A stretch of DNA of 42,749 nucleotides from Octopus bimaculoides (taxonomy: Eukaryota): NCBI RefSeq assembly GCF_001194135.2, contig NC_068983.1, positions 154,798,906 through 154,841,654 on the forward strand, in the 5' to 3' direction. Shown here piece by piece: positions 1-11,684 of the stretch (its first letter is position 1; each line of letters starts with the position of its first letter). The notes under the pieces are model-generated. The model saw nothing but the letters and a program-made list of their open reading frames with translations, searched no databases and had not been told where the DNA came from. Made by a program: the position numbers and the translations under genes.

Positions 1-36
<36 letters not shown>

Positions 37-340
37 GCGTATATATATTTATACACGCATACAGTTATGAATATACGTCTATATATAAAGATATATAGAG
101 AAAAATATATGAACAGAAACGAACATTTTCTAGTATATACTTAAAAATACATACATAAGTGTGTGTGTGTGAGTGTGTGCGTGTGTATGTGTACACATGT
201 TTATATACAAACATACGTACATGCATACACAAACGCAATCGCACACAGAAACACTTACACATATAGTTGTGCATATATATGCATATATTTATATACTCAC
301 ATACACACACCTACATATATGTATATACACGCAGATATAT

Positions 341-373
<33 letters not shown>

Positions 374-759
374 AAATATATTATAGTACATAGTTGTGTT
401 ACATGTCGTATGACAAGTAACTTCGAAGTATGCTTTTGCCAACCATGGGTTATTTTACGCACCATGGTCTACATACAATAATTATCGTTTAACTTCCATC
501 AAATTCGTTGTAAATTTTAAACAAAATAAAATTTTCATTTGTATAAGACCTTCCATAACTATTCTATCATTTATTTTCTCTCGTCCGCTGTCTCGGTGAC
601 ATTTTTCTCTCTCACTGCGTTTGAGTGCATGTGTGCAGCGCTCTTTTGCTTATTTCCTGCCAACAAACCTACTGTAAGCCTTCATTCTGTACCTCTTATA
701 TTAACTCTATCTATCTATCTCTCTCTCCCTCTCTCTCTGTCTCTCTCTGTCTCTCTCTG

Positions 760-842
<83 letters not shown>

Positions 843-1035
843 AGGCGTTGGAGAAATTAACCAGCCAACATTTATATCGGCTACTTTATATTTATGTGTA
901 CACATCTGCGCTCAAGCGTGCAAACCCATTTACTCAAATGTTGGCAAACCTAACCATACTCACAAATCTGCACACGTACATGTCCATATACGTGTGTATT
1001 CATACACGCAAGCATCCAGATCGCAATATATACAC
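1..1035. repeat. Microsatellite block: (TA)n, (CA)n/(TG)n, (CT)n
   Basis: Visible directly: (TA)n 1-36, CA/TG tracts 160-370, (CT)n about 715-803 followed by (TA)n 804-840. Explains the low-complexity ORFs at 65-1059. Confidence 0.95.
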
Positions 1036-1099
1036 GCTTATGTGTCCCCATTAAATTAGTAATGAAAAGTTGCTGGCATGTCTAGATAGTTTTATAAGC

Positions 1100-1590
1100 G
1101 TGAATATATATATAGAAACGACAGAAAGGAGAGCGAATTAGTATAAAAGTTAAACAATAGGATTATTGGTATGAGATGAGATTGGTCTGGTGATCGAGGA
1201 ATTTTCCAGTAGCATAGAATGAACTTATGAGGACGGTTGCAAAACAACTGGCTTTTGATGATTAATCAGTTCCTCGAGTGATTTAATCTAAAGAGGATCG
1301 GTTCCTTTTTAAGCTAACAACGCTTACATTTTTCAAGCTTTTCAGCCTCCCACATTTGATAACACTCACTTAGCTGCCTAAAATGGTTGTTGAGTGTTGT
1401 TAAATTTTTTTGTTGGCGTGTTTGAAGGATGAACTGTAAAATCTTTGTTTCAACTTCCCTTCAACCATACCTATGTAACTGTTCTTTTCGAGTGTCTGAT
1501 TTAGTATGGTCAGCATAAAGCCAACACCAGTTAATATTGCCTGATTTAAAGAGCTAGAATTGTGGTTGCTCTTTAAATGCATGAGCAACC
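1100..1590 (-). mobile_element. Penelope-like element, decayed GIY-YIG C-terminus and 3' end
   Basis: Minus translation gives SYIGMVEGKLKQRFYSSSF (GIY-YIG YIG motif), then after frameshifts KCKRC*LKKEPILF...SQLFCNRPHKFILCYWK, matching the PLE tail pattern CxLCxxEK...LNxRSELxxKCRHxxKFLL. Confidence 0.75.
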
Positions 1591-2376
1591 GAGATTACTT
1601 TATATGTGTATAAGTGTCTGTGTTTACATATATATTCATACATACACACGCATATATATACATATATACATATCCATACATTATAACGCGTATATATCAG
1701 TTGCAAATATAAAATTGTTTCAAAACAATACTATAATTACAATGGACAGGAGACGTTCTATAAAATTAATTACAATGTAAATTCTTTTTATTGAGCACTC
1801 TTATTATAAATATCAAAGGATATATATTTTATATACGAAATATTATGTTTCCTATACATTGCAATTATGTCATTAATTTGCTGTAATTATATTTTAACTG
1901 CCGATAGTTAAGCACAGTAATGAATGTGTGTGTGTGTGAGGGGGGGGGGTGTTAAGTATATGTCCTGTGTTAAATGAATTCAAATTTTCTGCTATTAAAA
2001 GGATATTTTGGAATTCACTCACCAATTTGGCGTGATTCCAATTGTCAATATGGAGTGGTCCAAACTTTTGTGCTTTTTCTTTGAAATTTTCAATTCATAA
2101 CTAGCTTAAATTTTCTTACACACATCAATACCATTACTTGCTGGTGAGTATCCGGAATATTTGAGTCAAAATTCCGGTTTCAAATCTAATTTTGTAGGCC
2201 TCAAAGTTCTTTCTATTTTTACGTTTGAACTTCTAGACATATGTGTCTTTTGTTTATATGCTGATTGGCCATAAGCTTTTGACCTCATTCCTCGTTCGGC
2301 TCATCCAGTAATATCTTTTCTTTTTTCTCTATATTTTCTTTCTTTCATTTTTATTCATTTTATTTTCTTTCTCTTC

Positions 2377-2480
2377 TCATCTCCTTCGCATGTCATAATG
2401 GTTAGTTTCAAACGAGTCCATATCCTGTTCATTATGCAACAATATAAAGTATTTAGATTCGATATTCTTGTGTTGTAATT
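2377..2480 (-). CDS. Candidate terminal coding exon of an unidentified gene: (E)LQHKNIESKYFILLHNEQDMDSFETNHYDMRRR*
   Basis: Acceptor cttaatttttaag|AA. The only frame open across the whole 104 nt is the phase-1 frame required by the 3218-3272 exon; it ends at TGA 2379-2377. No homology recognised. Confidence 0.4.
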
Positions 2481-3217
2481 CTTAAAAATTAAGTTCTTAA
2501 GTAAATCAAATTTTTGGAATCAAGTAGAGTAAAAACAATTTTAAAAAGAAGCGACAACTACTGATCGATAAAGACAGAAATCTATTTGTATCTGCACATG
2601 CACATCTACATAAATTAACATACATATGCATAAACAAACACACACACATATACATTTGTATATACATACACACACGAATATATACGCTTAGTTATAAAAC
2701 TAATTTAAGCAGGATGCGAGGAAAATATGCACTTTTTGTGTGGAGGACACTGCTGTTATTCCATTCAGACTTACAGTAGAAACTGGGTCCATTTTCTCAT
2801 AAGTAAATTAACATTCTAACTGTTCGACCCTATAATACAATGCTAAAATGGTTACCTAACTTAATATTGTATTATAAAAGTGTGTAGAGACTATTGACTG
2901 AACAATTATGTTTACCTAGTGCATGTTAGTAAAAAAATGGAAGTTTCTTTTCACTGTATTTGTTCTAATGGTCATTGAATATCTCACTACTACTACAAGT
3001 TGTCTCTCCTATATAGGTTTCAGGGAGGTTTATAGATGGTCTTTATTGACACATTAAGCGATATTTCTTTCACAAACATAAAAAGAGAGAGAAGGCGGAA
3101 GCCGGAGGGAGATGGAAAACCTAACTGGGTAACTTGGTGCTACTGATCACACTTAGTTGAATGGATGATGATAATTCCAAAAATGCTTCGCGATGATAAA
3201 GCTAATCTTAAACTTAC

Positions 3218-3272
3218 CAGGATCACGAAAGATTAAATTAAAATTAGCCATTAAGTTAATGTTTTCTTCTCG
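3218..3272 (-). CDS. Candidate 55-nt exon REENINLMANFNLIFRDP(G)
   Basis: Acceptor ttcttatgcag| and consensus donor CTG|gtaagt; open in frame 0, phase 0 to 1. Confidence 0.5.
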
Positions 3273-3450
3273 CTGCATAAGAATTATTAATTAATTTTTT
3301 CTCTCTCTTCACACCATTAAGTATGACAAACCAAAATTAACTAATTTCGCTTTCTTTTTTCCATATTTTTTTTGTTTCTCGTTATTTATTTATGTCTGGT
3401 CATCTTTATAAGGTTGTATACATTAAATATGAGAAGACAAACTTACTTAC

Positions 3451-3471
3451 CGTCATTCTTGCAGATGGCAT
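3451..3471 (-). CDS. Candidate 21-nt microexon MPSARMT
   Basis: ctaag|ATGCCATCTGCAAGAATGACG|gtaagtaagt. Joined to the 3218-3272 exon, only frame 0 stays open. Confidence 0.45.
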
Positions 3472-3718
3472 CTTAGAATTATTTAATTTTTAATCATGAA
3501 TACATTAAAATAGGTACATCAATCTTTATATATATTATAAGCAGAGATATGAGACAGAAAAGCTCTTTGTCAGTAGAACAATTTATTCCCCACTCTTTTT
3601 TTATCAAATGGTTGCTTATAATGCCTCATCAGAATTGATGTTTTCGCTTGACATTGCTGCTTATAATGTCTTATATCACACACTATGCATTGAAAATAGA
3701 AACAGTGAATATTTATTC

Positions 3719-4125
3719 CTATGATCGTTCATTATTGTTGTTGCTGTTGTTGCTATTATTGTTGTTGGTGTTGTGGTTGTTGTTATGTTGCAAAAGTCCG
3801 TATCCAAATTTGAATCTTACACCTGACATAAAATATATATTACACTGTTTTAATGAACTGCAGCAGTGTGTATAAACATATGTGTGTGTGTATGCATACG
3901 TATATACATGCATGTATATATGCACACTTACATAAAGACTTTCATACATACATGCATATACACACACATATTTTATAAATTTTTATAAATATATATTATT
4001 TACACACATACACACATATGTATGTATGTATGCATGTATGTAGGTATGTATGTATATATATATATGTGTATATGTGTGTGTGTGTATGTATGTATGTATG
4101 TATGTATGTATGTATGTATGTATGT
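3719..4125. repeat. (GTT/ATT)n, (TATG)n and (TG)n microsatellites
   Basis: Visible tandem repeats. Confidence 0.9.
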
Positions 4126-4533
4126 ATTAGAGTAGTTTCACTTTTTTTTTTTTTTTCGATTTTGTGGCACATTAGAGATCAAACAAAATATCACTGACGC
4201 ACTTAGCTTGGGTAGTTGGAAATTACTAGTGCCCTTCGTACGGAAATCTTTCTTAAAAGATGCTTTAAAAATAAAAACTACTAAAAAAAAGTTTTTTGAA
4301 ATCTGTTGCTTACCTTGTTACATTAATAATATCAAAGTACAAAAATATAAAGATATATCACGCTTGTCAAAGTAATGAAGTGATTATTATGCATGCATTT
4401 TCTAAAGGCTTAAAACTATATTTTGAAAATTCGCAATGCACCGTTTGAGATTCGCTTGCGTGTGTGTATGAGTGTGTGGAAGTATTTATGTATGCATGTG
4501 TGTTTGCGTGTGTGTGTGTGTGTGTGTGTGTGT

Positions 4534-4670
4534 GCGGACTCGCGGTCAGAGGATCATGGTTTCGATTCCCAGACTGGGTGTTGTGAGTGTTTATTGAGCG
4601 AAAACAACTAAACTCCACGAGGCTCCTGCAGGGGGGGGGGCGACCCCTGTTGTACTCTTCCACTCCATTT
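4534..4670 (+). mobile_element. tRNA-headed SINE family B, partial 5' copy
   Basis: gcggactcgcggtcagaggatcatggtttcgattcccagactggg...gttgtgagtgtttattgagcgaaaac is nearly identical to the copy at 8985-9370. Confidence 0.8.
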
Positions 4671-4674
4671 ACTA

Positions 4675-6000
4675 AATCAACAGAAATCACAGGTCACTGG
4701 ATCGAACACTTATCTGGACTCCTAAACCATGAGTTAGTTATGGATGAAACGAAGACCTATCATTGGCTCCTTAAATTTCACGCTCTTAGTAAATGAAGTG
4801 ATGACATCCATAAGTAAATTGATTCTTGGTAGGGCACCTGGAAAGGATGGAATTTGTACTGAAGTCTTGCGATTTAGAGGAGATTACATCATACAGTCCC
4901 TTTATGAACTTATTAGTGCAGTCGGGAGGGATGGTGCAATGCCTAAAAACTGAAAGGATGCAATTATTCTCCCTCTCTATAAAGGAAAAAGAGCCAGAAC
5001 AATGTGTGGTAACTACAGAGGTATTGCTCTACTATCAGCTGCTGGCAAGGTTCTAGCAAATATTCTTCTTACCCGCTTGAATGGGTGTTAGTAAATGATG
5101 TCCTATCTGAATCTCAATGTGGTTTCCGATCTGGTAGAGGGACAATGGATATGATTTTCACAGCAAGACAGATGCAGGAGAAGTGCTATGAGCAGGATAT
5201 GGATCTTGTCCAGGTATTCATTGATTTAACGAAGGTTTTTGATACTATGAATAGGACCTTGCTATGGAAAATACTTGGCAAAATTGGATGTCCAGATCAC
5301 TTTGTACCTATAATTAAATCATTTCATGATGGGATGGAGGCTTGGGTCAATGTTGGTGGTAGCATGCCGGAACCTATTCCTGCGGAGAATGATGTCAAAC
5401 AGGATGACATCCGTGCCCCAACTCTCTTTCCTTTGTATTTTGCTGCTGCTTTTACTAATACTTTTGCTAAGGTTAGTTCTCTGGGAATGTATGTCAGGTA
5501 TCAATCTTCTGGCCGCCTCTTTAATCTGCACCGATTTGCTGCCAATTCAAAAGTTTTCCAGTCTGTTATTCGTGACCTCCTTTGTGACTTAGTCACTCAT
5601 ACAGTGGATAACAAGAAAATACTTATGAATCGTATTTCTGCTTCTTGCAAGGAATTTGGACTCAGCATTAGCCTGGACAAGGCTGTTGTAATGCCCAGCC
5701 TGCACCAGGAAATCCATATGTGGAACCAGATATTTTAGTTGAAAGAACAATTCTGAAAGCGGTAGACAAGTTTGTCTACCTGAGCAGCATACTCAGCCGT
5801 TCTTGCTCCTTGGATGATGAAATATCTTTCAGGCTGCAGAGAGCAACTGATTCCTTCCGGTCCCTTCAGTTGCGTGTCTGGTTCCAGCATGGCATCACAA
5901 AGCAAACAAAAATTGCTATGTACGGTGCATATGTACTGACATTGCTCCTTTACTCATGTGAGTTCTGTGCTGCTGTTCTAAAGGACATCTGCCAAATGTG
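4675..6000 (+). mobile_element. RTE-clade LINE, decayed reverse-transcriptase fragment
   Basis: HWIEHLSGLLN, GRAPGKDGICTE, ESQCGFRSGRGTMDMIFTARQMQEKCYEQ, FIDLTKVFDT, WKILGKIGCP and VDKFVYLSS are RTE/BovB-type RT motifs; contains frameshifts and stops. Confidence 0.93.
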
Positions 6001-6059
6001 ACACAAGCGCTGAAAGCTCTAGCCTCGAAGACGCTTGTATGATCATTATTATTATTGTT

Positions 6060-6990
6060 GTTGAACACTGAGGTTGATGTAATCAACTCGTCTCCACCCT
6101 CAACATCGCTGCCCTTGTGGCAAAATTTGAAACCATTATTATTATTGCTGTTGTTAAGGCGGTGAGCTGGCAGAAATGTTAGCACACCGGGCGAAATGCT
6201 TAGCGGTATTTCGTCTGCCACTGCGTTCTGAGTTCAAATTCCGCCGAGGTCGACTTTGCCTATCATCCTTTCGGGGTCGATAAATTAAGTACCAGTTACG
6301 CACTGGGGTCGATATAATCGACTTAATCAGTTTGTCTGTCCTTGTTTGTCCCCTCTGTGTGTAGCCCCTTGTGGGCAGTAAAGAAATAGGTATTTCTCCC
6401 GTTGCTACATTCTGAATTCAAATTCCGCCGGGGTCGACTTTGCCTTTCATCCTTTCGGGGTCGATAAATTAAGTACCAGTTGAGTATTGGGGTTGATGTA
6501 ATCGACTAGTCCCCCTCTCCCAAAATTTCAAGCCCATAGTAGGAAGGATTATTATTATTATTATTGCTGTTGTGAGTTAGCAGAATAGTTTGCACATCCC
6601 AGAAGTACCTGCTGCATTTATTCAGGTTCTTTACGCTAAGGGCAGTTTTGCTTCCTGCCCTTTCTATGCTGATAAATAAAGTACCAGTCAAGTACTGGTT
6701 CTATGTAAGCAACTAAATACTTCCCCTGAAAAAAACTGCTCGTTATTAGAGCATGGATTTGCAGATCGTTAGGGCGTCGAAGAAAATGCATTGTTATATT
6801 TATTCCGACTCTTTAGGCTCTAAGTTCAAATAATACTATCGTCAACTTTGACCTTCATTTGTCTGAGGTCGATAAAAAAATAAAATACCGGTCAAGTACT
6901 AAAATCGATGTTATCGATTGATTCCACACCACCGCACGAAAAAAAGAATACTTTTCAAGCCTTGTACCTATGTTAGAAATAATTACTATT
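6060..6990 (+). mobile_element. Cluster of SINE family A copies: 3' scrap, full copy 6156-6390, partial 6391-6550, two degenerate copies
   Basis: Repeated aaggcggtgagctggcagaa...gttctgagttcaaattccgccgaggtcgactttgcctttcatcctttcggggtcgataaattaagtaccag; Pol III A/B-box-like head; (ATT)n tails. Confidence 0.9.
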
Positions 6991-7559
6991 ACGACAGATT
7001 CCGAAGTCATTTAGTAATAGTAGGAGTAGGAGGAGGAGTATAGTTGTAATATCTTGGGAATTTTTCTCCAGACACACATGCACACATACATACACATACA
7101 AACACACATTCTCTCTATCTGTTTCTCTTTCAAAAACAATTCAATTATCCATTTTGTCAGATTTTTAATTAATTAATTAATTAATTAGTTAGTTAGTCAT
7201 TTACAAAATTAGTGAATCACTTATACAGGAGGAAAAACTAATAAATCATCATTTATATATTATATACAGGGTAATTTCTTTTAGAGAGATTTTCCTCATG
7301 CATCTCTTACGCTCTTTTCCATTCTAATTATCAATGTTTGCTGTCAACATAGTGGTTTGGGGTTGCCAGCAAAGTAGAGCGCCAGACTAAACAACAGACG
7401 CTTTAGTTCAAATACCAATTTTAGCTTTCAATAATTCCATGGTCAATAAAATATGCACTAATCAGGAATTAAGTACCGAGGAAATTGTTTATAACCTTCA
7501 CCGAAATATTCTTTGTGTGCCTGTACAGAAAATTATTAGTGTAGCTATAAAAAAAATTC

Positions 7560-7812
7560 AGTGGCTTGGTTGAATCAGTGGACCAACAGTAAAAATGCTT
7601 AGAGCTTTTCATTATAGTCCTTTTATATTATATCTTTAATCCTGAGATCAACTTTGCCTTTCATATTACGGGGATAGCTTGATAACATAAAGCACTAGTC
7701 CAATACCAAGACTGATTTAATAGTGTTCCTGCACTCAATATGCTTAACCTTTCTAAAACTATTATTATCATTATTATTATTATTATTATTGTTGTTGTTG
7801 TTGTTGTTGTTG

Positions 7813-7892
<80 letters not shown>

Positions 7893-8353
7893 AATAAGGC
7901 GGGGAGCTGGCAGAATCGTTAAGCACGCCGGGCGAAAATGCTTAGCAGTATTTCGTCCGCCACCACGTTCTGAGTTCTAATTCCACCGAGGTCGACTTTG
8001 CCTTTCATCCTTTCGGGATCAATAAATTAAGTATCAGTGAAACACTGGGATCCATGTAATTGTCTAATCCCCTCCCACAAATTTCTGGCCTTGTGCCTAT
8101 AGCAGAAAGGATTATTGTTATTGGTATTATTAAGGCGGGGAGCGGGCAGAATCGTCAGCACTCCAAACAAAGTATTTAGTTGCAATCTTTTTCGTGCTTA
8201 CGTTCAAGTTCCGCCGAGGTCGAATTTACTTTCATACTTTCGTAGTCGATAAAGAAAGTACCAGTCAAGCAGTAGGGTCGATGTAAATGACTTACCCCTT
8301 CTCCGAAATTGCTGGCCTCGTGCCAAAATTATTATTATTATTACTACTACTAC

Positions 8354-8408
<55 letters not shown>

Positions 8409-8690
8409 GTTGTTGTTGTTGTTATTATTATTATTAAGGCGGTGAGCTGGCAGAATCGTTAGCATGTCGGGCAAAATGCTTCGCCGCATTTCGCCCGTCT
8501 ATGTTCAGAGTTCAAATTCCACCGAGATCAATTTTACCTTTCATCCTTTCGAGATCGGTAAAATAAGTATTGGGGTCGATTACATAGACTATAGCTTTTC
8601 CCAAAATCTTCTAGGCTTTGCACCTGTAATAGAAAGGGTTATTATCAACATTATCATCATCATTATTAATATTGTTATTGTAATTTATCA
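7560..8690 (+). mobile_element. Second tandem cluster of SINE family A (degenerate 7560-7760, then 7896-8113, 8132-8330, 8436-8645) separated by (ATT/GTT)n
   Basis: Same consensus as the 6156 copy; each recognisable head starts with aaggcgg immediately after an ATT run. Confidence 0.9.
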
Positions 8691-8984
8691 TCGAAGCTGA
8701 ACGTGCTTTGGAAGCGGCGTGTGATTGAGTTTATTTATTTATTTATTTATTTAGTTTAGAAGCTGTTTCTTTTTCCACCTTGTTTCTTAATTGACAAGTA
8801 CCATAACGGACTGATCGATCATTTCTGTTGTCCTATGGGGCAAAATTTAAAAGAAAGGAAATTTTTCGAAGCAAACAAAAAATTTCAAAATGGCATCGCT
8901 TTTGTCAACTAGCGAGCAAGAGCGGAGGAAGGTAGGAGACCTTAATGGTGAAACCGTCTTTCGCAGTCATCTCCTGTCACATAG

Positions 8985-9370
8985 TGGAGGCGCAATGGCC
9001 CAGTGGTTAGGGCAGCGGACTCGCGGTCATAGGATCGCGGTTTCGATACCCAGACCGGGCATTGTGAGTGTTTATTGAGCGAAAACACCTAAAGCACCAC
9101 GATTCTCCGGCAGGGGATGGTGGCGAACCCTGCTGTACTCTTTCACCACAACTTTCTCTCACTCTTACTTCCTGTTTCTGTTGTGCATGTAATTCAAAGG
9201 GTCAGCCTTGTCACACTGTGTCACGCTGAATATCCTCGAGAACTACGTTAAGGGTACACGTGTCTGTGGAGTGCTCAGCCACTTGCACGTTAATTTCACG
9301 AGCAGGCTGTTCCGTTGATCGGATCAACTGGAACCCTCGACGTCGTAAGCGACGGAGTGCCAACAACAAC
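8985..9370 (+). mobile_element. tRNA-headed SINE family B, near full length with (AAC)n tail
   Basis: A-box tggcccagtgg and B-box ggtttcgatacc; body shared with the 4534 copy; ends gtgccaacaacaac. Confidence 0.85.
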
Positions 9371-9654
9371 CTGTCACATAAAACTACAGACGTAGTAATA
9401 ATTGAAAATAGTCGCAGCAATTTCGGTAGCCACAACAACTGCAACAACATCAACAGCTGAAACAATAACAACACGAACTACGGTAGCAGCAGCAAGAACA
9501 ACACCATGTCGCATCACAAAGAACCGCCACCCAGACTTTAAGAAGCAATAACGGCAGAGCTAACAACGATACTAATAACAGCAGCAGTAGTAGCAGAGAA
9601 CACAACAAAAGTATTTCATTTGCCAGAGCACTGAAGTTTTCGATCTCTTCTCAC

Positions 9655-9735
9655 TAGTCGAGCGTTTCTCAACCCGGCTTCCCAGAACCCTAGGATTCCG
9701 CAGAATGTTCCTAGGGGTTCCGCGGGAAAGAGTGA
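9655..9735 (+). mobile_element. hAT (Charlie-like) non-autonomous element end
   Basis: gagcgtttctcaacc...gaaccctaggattccgc...ctaggggttccgc resembles the CAG(C/T)G(G/T)TTCTCAAC termini of Charlie-type MITEs (recalled motif). Confidence 0.5.
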
Positions 9736-9811
9736 GATAAGCTAATGCTAATTAAAGAATTTAACAACCTTTGGTGATATATTTAGTGATGTCTATAATT
9801 TATGGACACCC

Positions 9812-9847
<36 letters not shown>

Positions 9848-10276
9848 NNNNNNNNNNNNNNNNNNNNNNNNNNNNNNNNNNNNNNNNNNNNNNNNNNNNN
9901 NNNNNNNNNNNNNNNNNNNNNNNNNNNNNNNNNNNNNNNNNNNNNNNNNNNNNNNNNNNNNNNNNNNNNNNNNNNNNNNNNNNNNNNNNNNNNNNNNNNN
10001 NNNNNNNNNNNNNNNNNNNNNNNNNNNNNNNNNNNNNNNNNNNNNNNNNNNNNNNNNNNNNNNNNNNNNNNNNNNNNNNNNNNNNNNNNNNNNNNNNNNN
10101 NNNNNNNNNNNNNNNNNNNNNNNNNNNNNNNNNNNNNNNNNNNNNNNNNNNNNNNNNNNNNNNNNNNNNNNNNNNNNNNNNNNNNNNNNNNNNNNNNNNN
10201 NNNNNNNNNNNNNNNNNNNNNNNNNNNNNNNNNNNNNNNNNNNNNNNNNNNNNNNNNNNNNNNNNNNNNNNNNNNN

Positions 10277-10309
<33 letters not shown>

Positions 10310-10319
10310 CCGGGCTTGG

Positions 10320-10680
10320 AGGTGGTGATGATGTTAGCTGGTGCGATTTTGTGGTTTGGTAGTATACCGAGAGAGATCCAGCTCTGTTTCTCATATTTTC
10401 TAAGTACAGCTGCCTTTGCTTTTGACTAATATGGTCTCGATTCTGTTGATCTCCATCTCTCTTATTTGGAAAATACACTTCTCTTTGGTTCTGGCCCATT
10501 TGTTCTATCCTTTGTTGATTTCTTTCCCTCCTATGTCATAGGATACGCTCCCTCTCCTCTTGGCTTATTTCGTTTCTTTTCTGTCTCATCCTCGCGCGAT
10601 TTTGATTCCTTATTTCCTCCCGCTGATCCTCGCACAACCGTTCTCTCCTTCTACGCTGACACCTCGTGCTGCGTTCCTCA
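10320..10680 (-). pseudogene. STPR-like 23-aa tandem-repeat coding fragment, possibly a Helitron N-terminus
   Basis: Translation splits into 23-aa units: LCEDQREEIRNQNRARMRQKRNE / ISQEERERIL*HRRERNQQRIEQ / MGQNQREVYFPNKRDGDQQNRDH / ISQKQRQLYLENMRNRA; one internal stop. Confidence 0.5.
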
Positions 10681-10891
10681 TGCGATTATCCATATTTTAA
10701 AACTTATTAAAACAATAAATCTCCAAAATGATTCAGAGTGTTTCAATTGAAAAACATATACGAATGTATTAGATAGTTTTTGTTTAGAAAGTGAAAATAT
10801 TTCTGAAATACTCGCCTAATATGCAAAGATACAGTATATAGGATACTGTAATAAATTATATTGTAGGAAAGTAAAAAGTAAAGGGAAAAAA

Positions 10892-11395
10892 TAGAATTAA
10901 TATTTTTGATTTTGTTCAGCTCTATGAATTTAATTTTTTAAAAATACTTTTGTCAATTGCTTGATACAAGAAAAAGTAATTGGAAAAATCCTGACCAAAA
11001 CAGAGAAATTCTAACTTAACAAAAAAATATAGAAAGAGAAAGTTACGTTTATTTCCATCACACGACACATATTATCGCACACACACAAATACATTCATGT
11101 GTGTGTGTGTCTTAGTCTTGCTTACTTATACACATCAACAAATCAGTCAATTGAAAAACTTTGTGAGGTTGTTCAATTTGCTAGAAATAACAGCCAAATC
11201 TCACTCATACTATGCTGTTGTTGGTATTAAGGAAAGAGAAAGTAGAATTAATATTTTTAATTTTGTTCGGCTCTCTGAATTTACTTTTTTTTTAAATGCT
11301 TTTGTCCCTTACTTGATACAAGAAAAACGAAATTGGAAAAATCCCGACCAAAACAGAGAAATTGTAACTTAACAAAAATATATAGAAAGAGAAAG
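10892..11395 (+). repeat. Diverged direct duplication of about 150 bp (10892-11042 and 11243-11395)
   Basis: Both copies read tagaattaatattttt...cttgatacaagaaaaa...ttggaaaaatcc(t/c)gaccaaaacagagaaatt(c/g)taacttaacaaaaa...tagaaagagaaag. Confidence 0.85.
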
Positions 11396-11684
11396 AAAAG
11401 GGTTGTATTCGAAAGCCAAAAGATGTTTTTTGGCTTAGTTTCGGAACACAAGACTTAACATGCTATCTGGTGTATGGGCGAATTCAAATGGGTAGAAGAC
11501 CTAAAACAAATGTGTGTATGTGTGAGTGGTTGGGCCTTTGATAGCCATGGGTCATTTCAGTCGTAGAAAGGAATTTTAATACCTATCAGCTTCTTTCAAC
11601 AATTTCTTTCTCTTAAGCGTGACACACACGTCAGATACGTACAAATTGGCATATTAATATTATTGATAATATTAATGATGATGA

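Noticed and set aside
7311-7520. 210-nt minus-strand segment with a strong acceptor (ttttctgtacag) and donor (gtaaga), starting AHKEYFGEGYKQFPRYLIPD
   Set aside because: Four stops in the best frame and stops in the others; at most a non-coding or poison exon, and unsupported.
8985-9060. tRNA genes at the SINE heads (also 6156, 31750-31818, 39441)
   Set aside because: A/B boxes are present, but I could not fold a full cloverleaf and each continues into a repeated SINE body.
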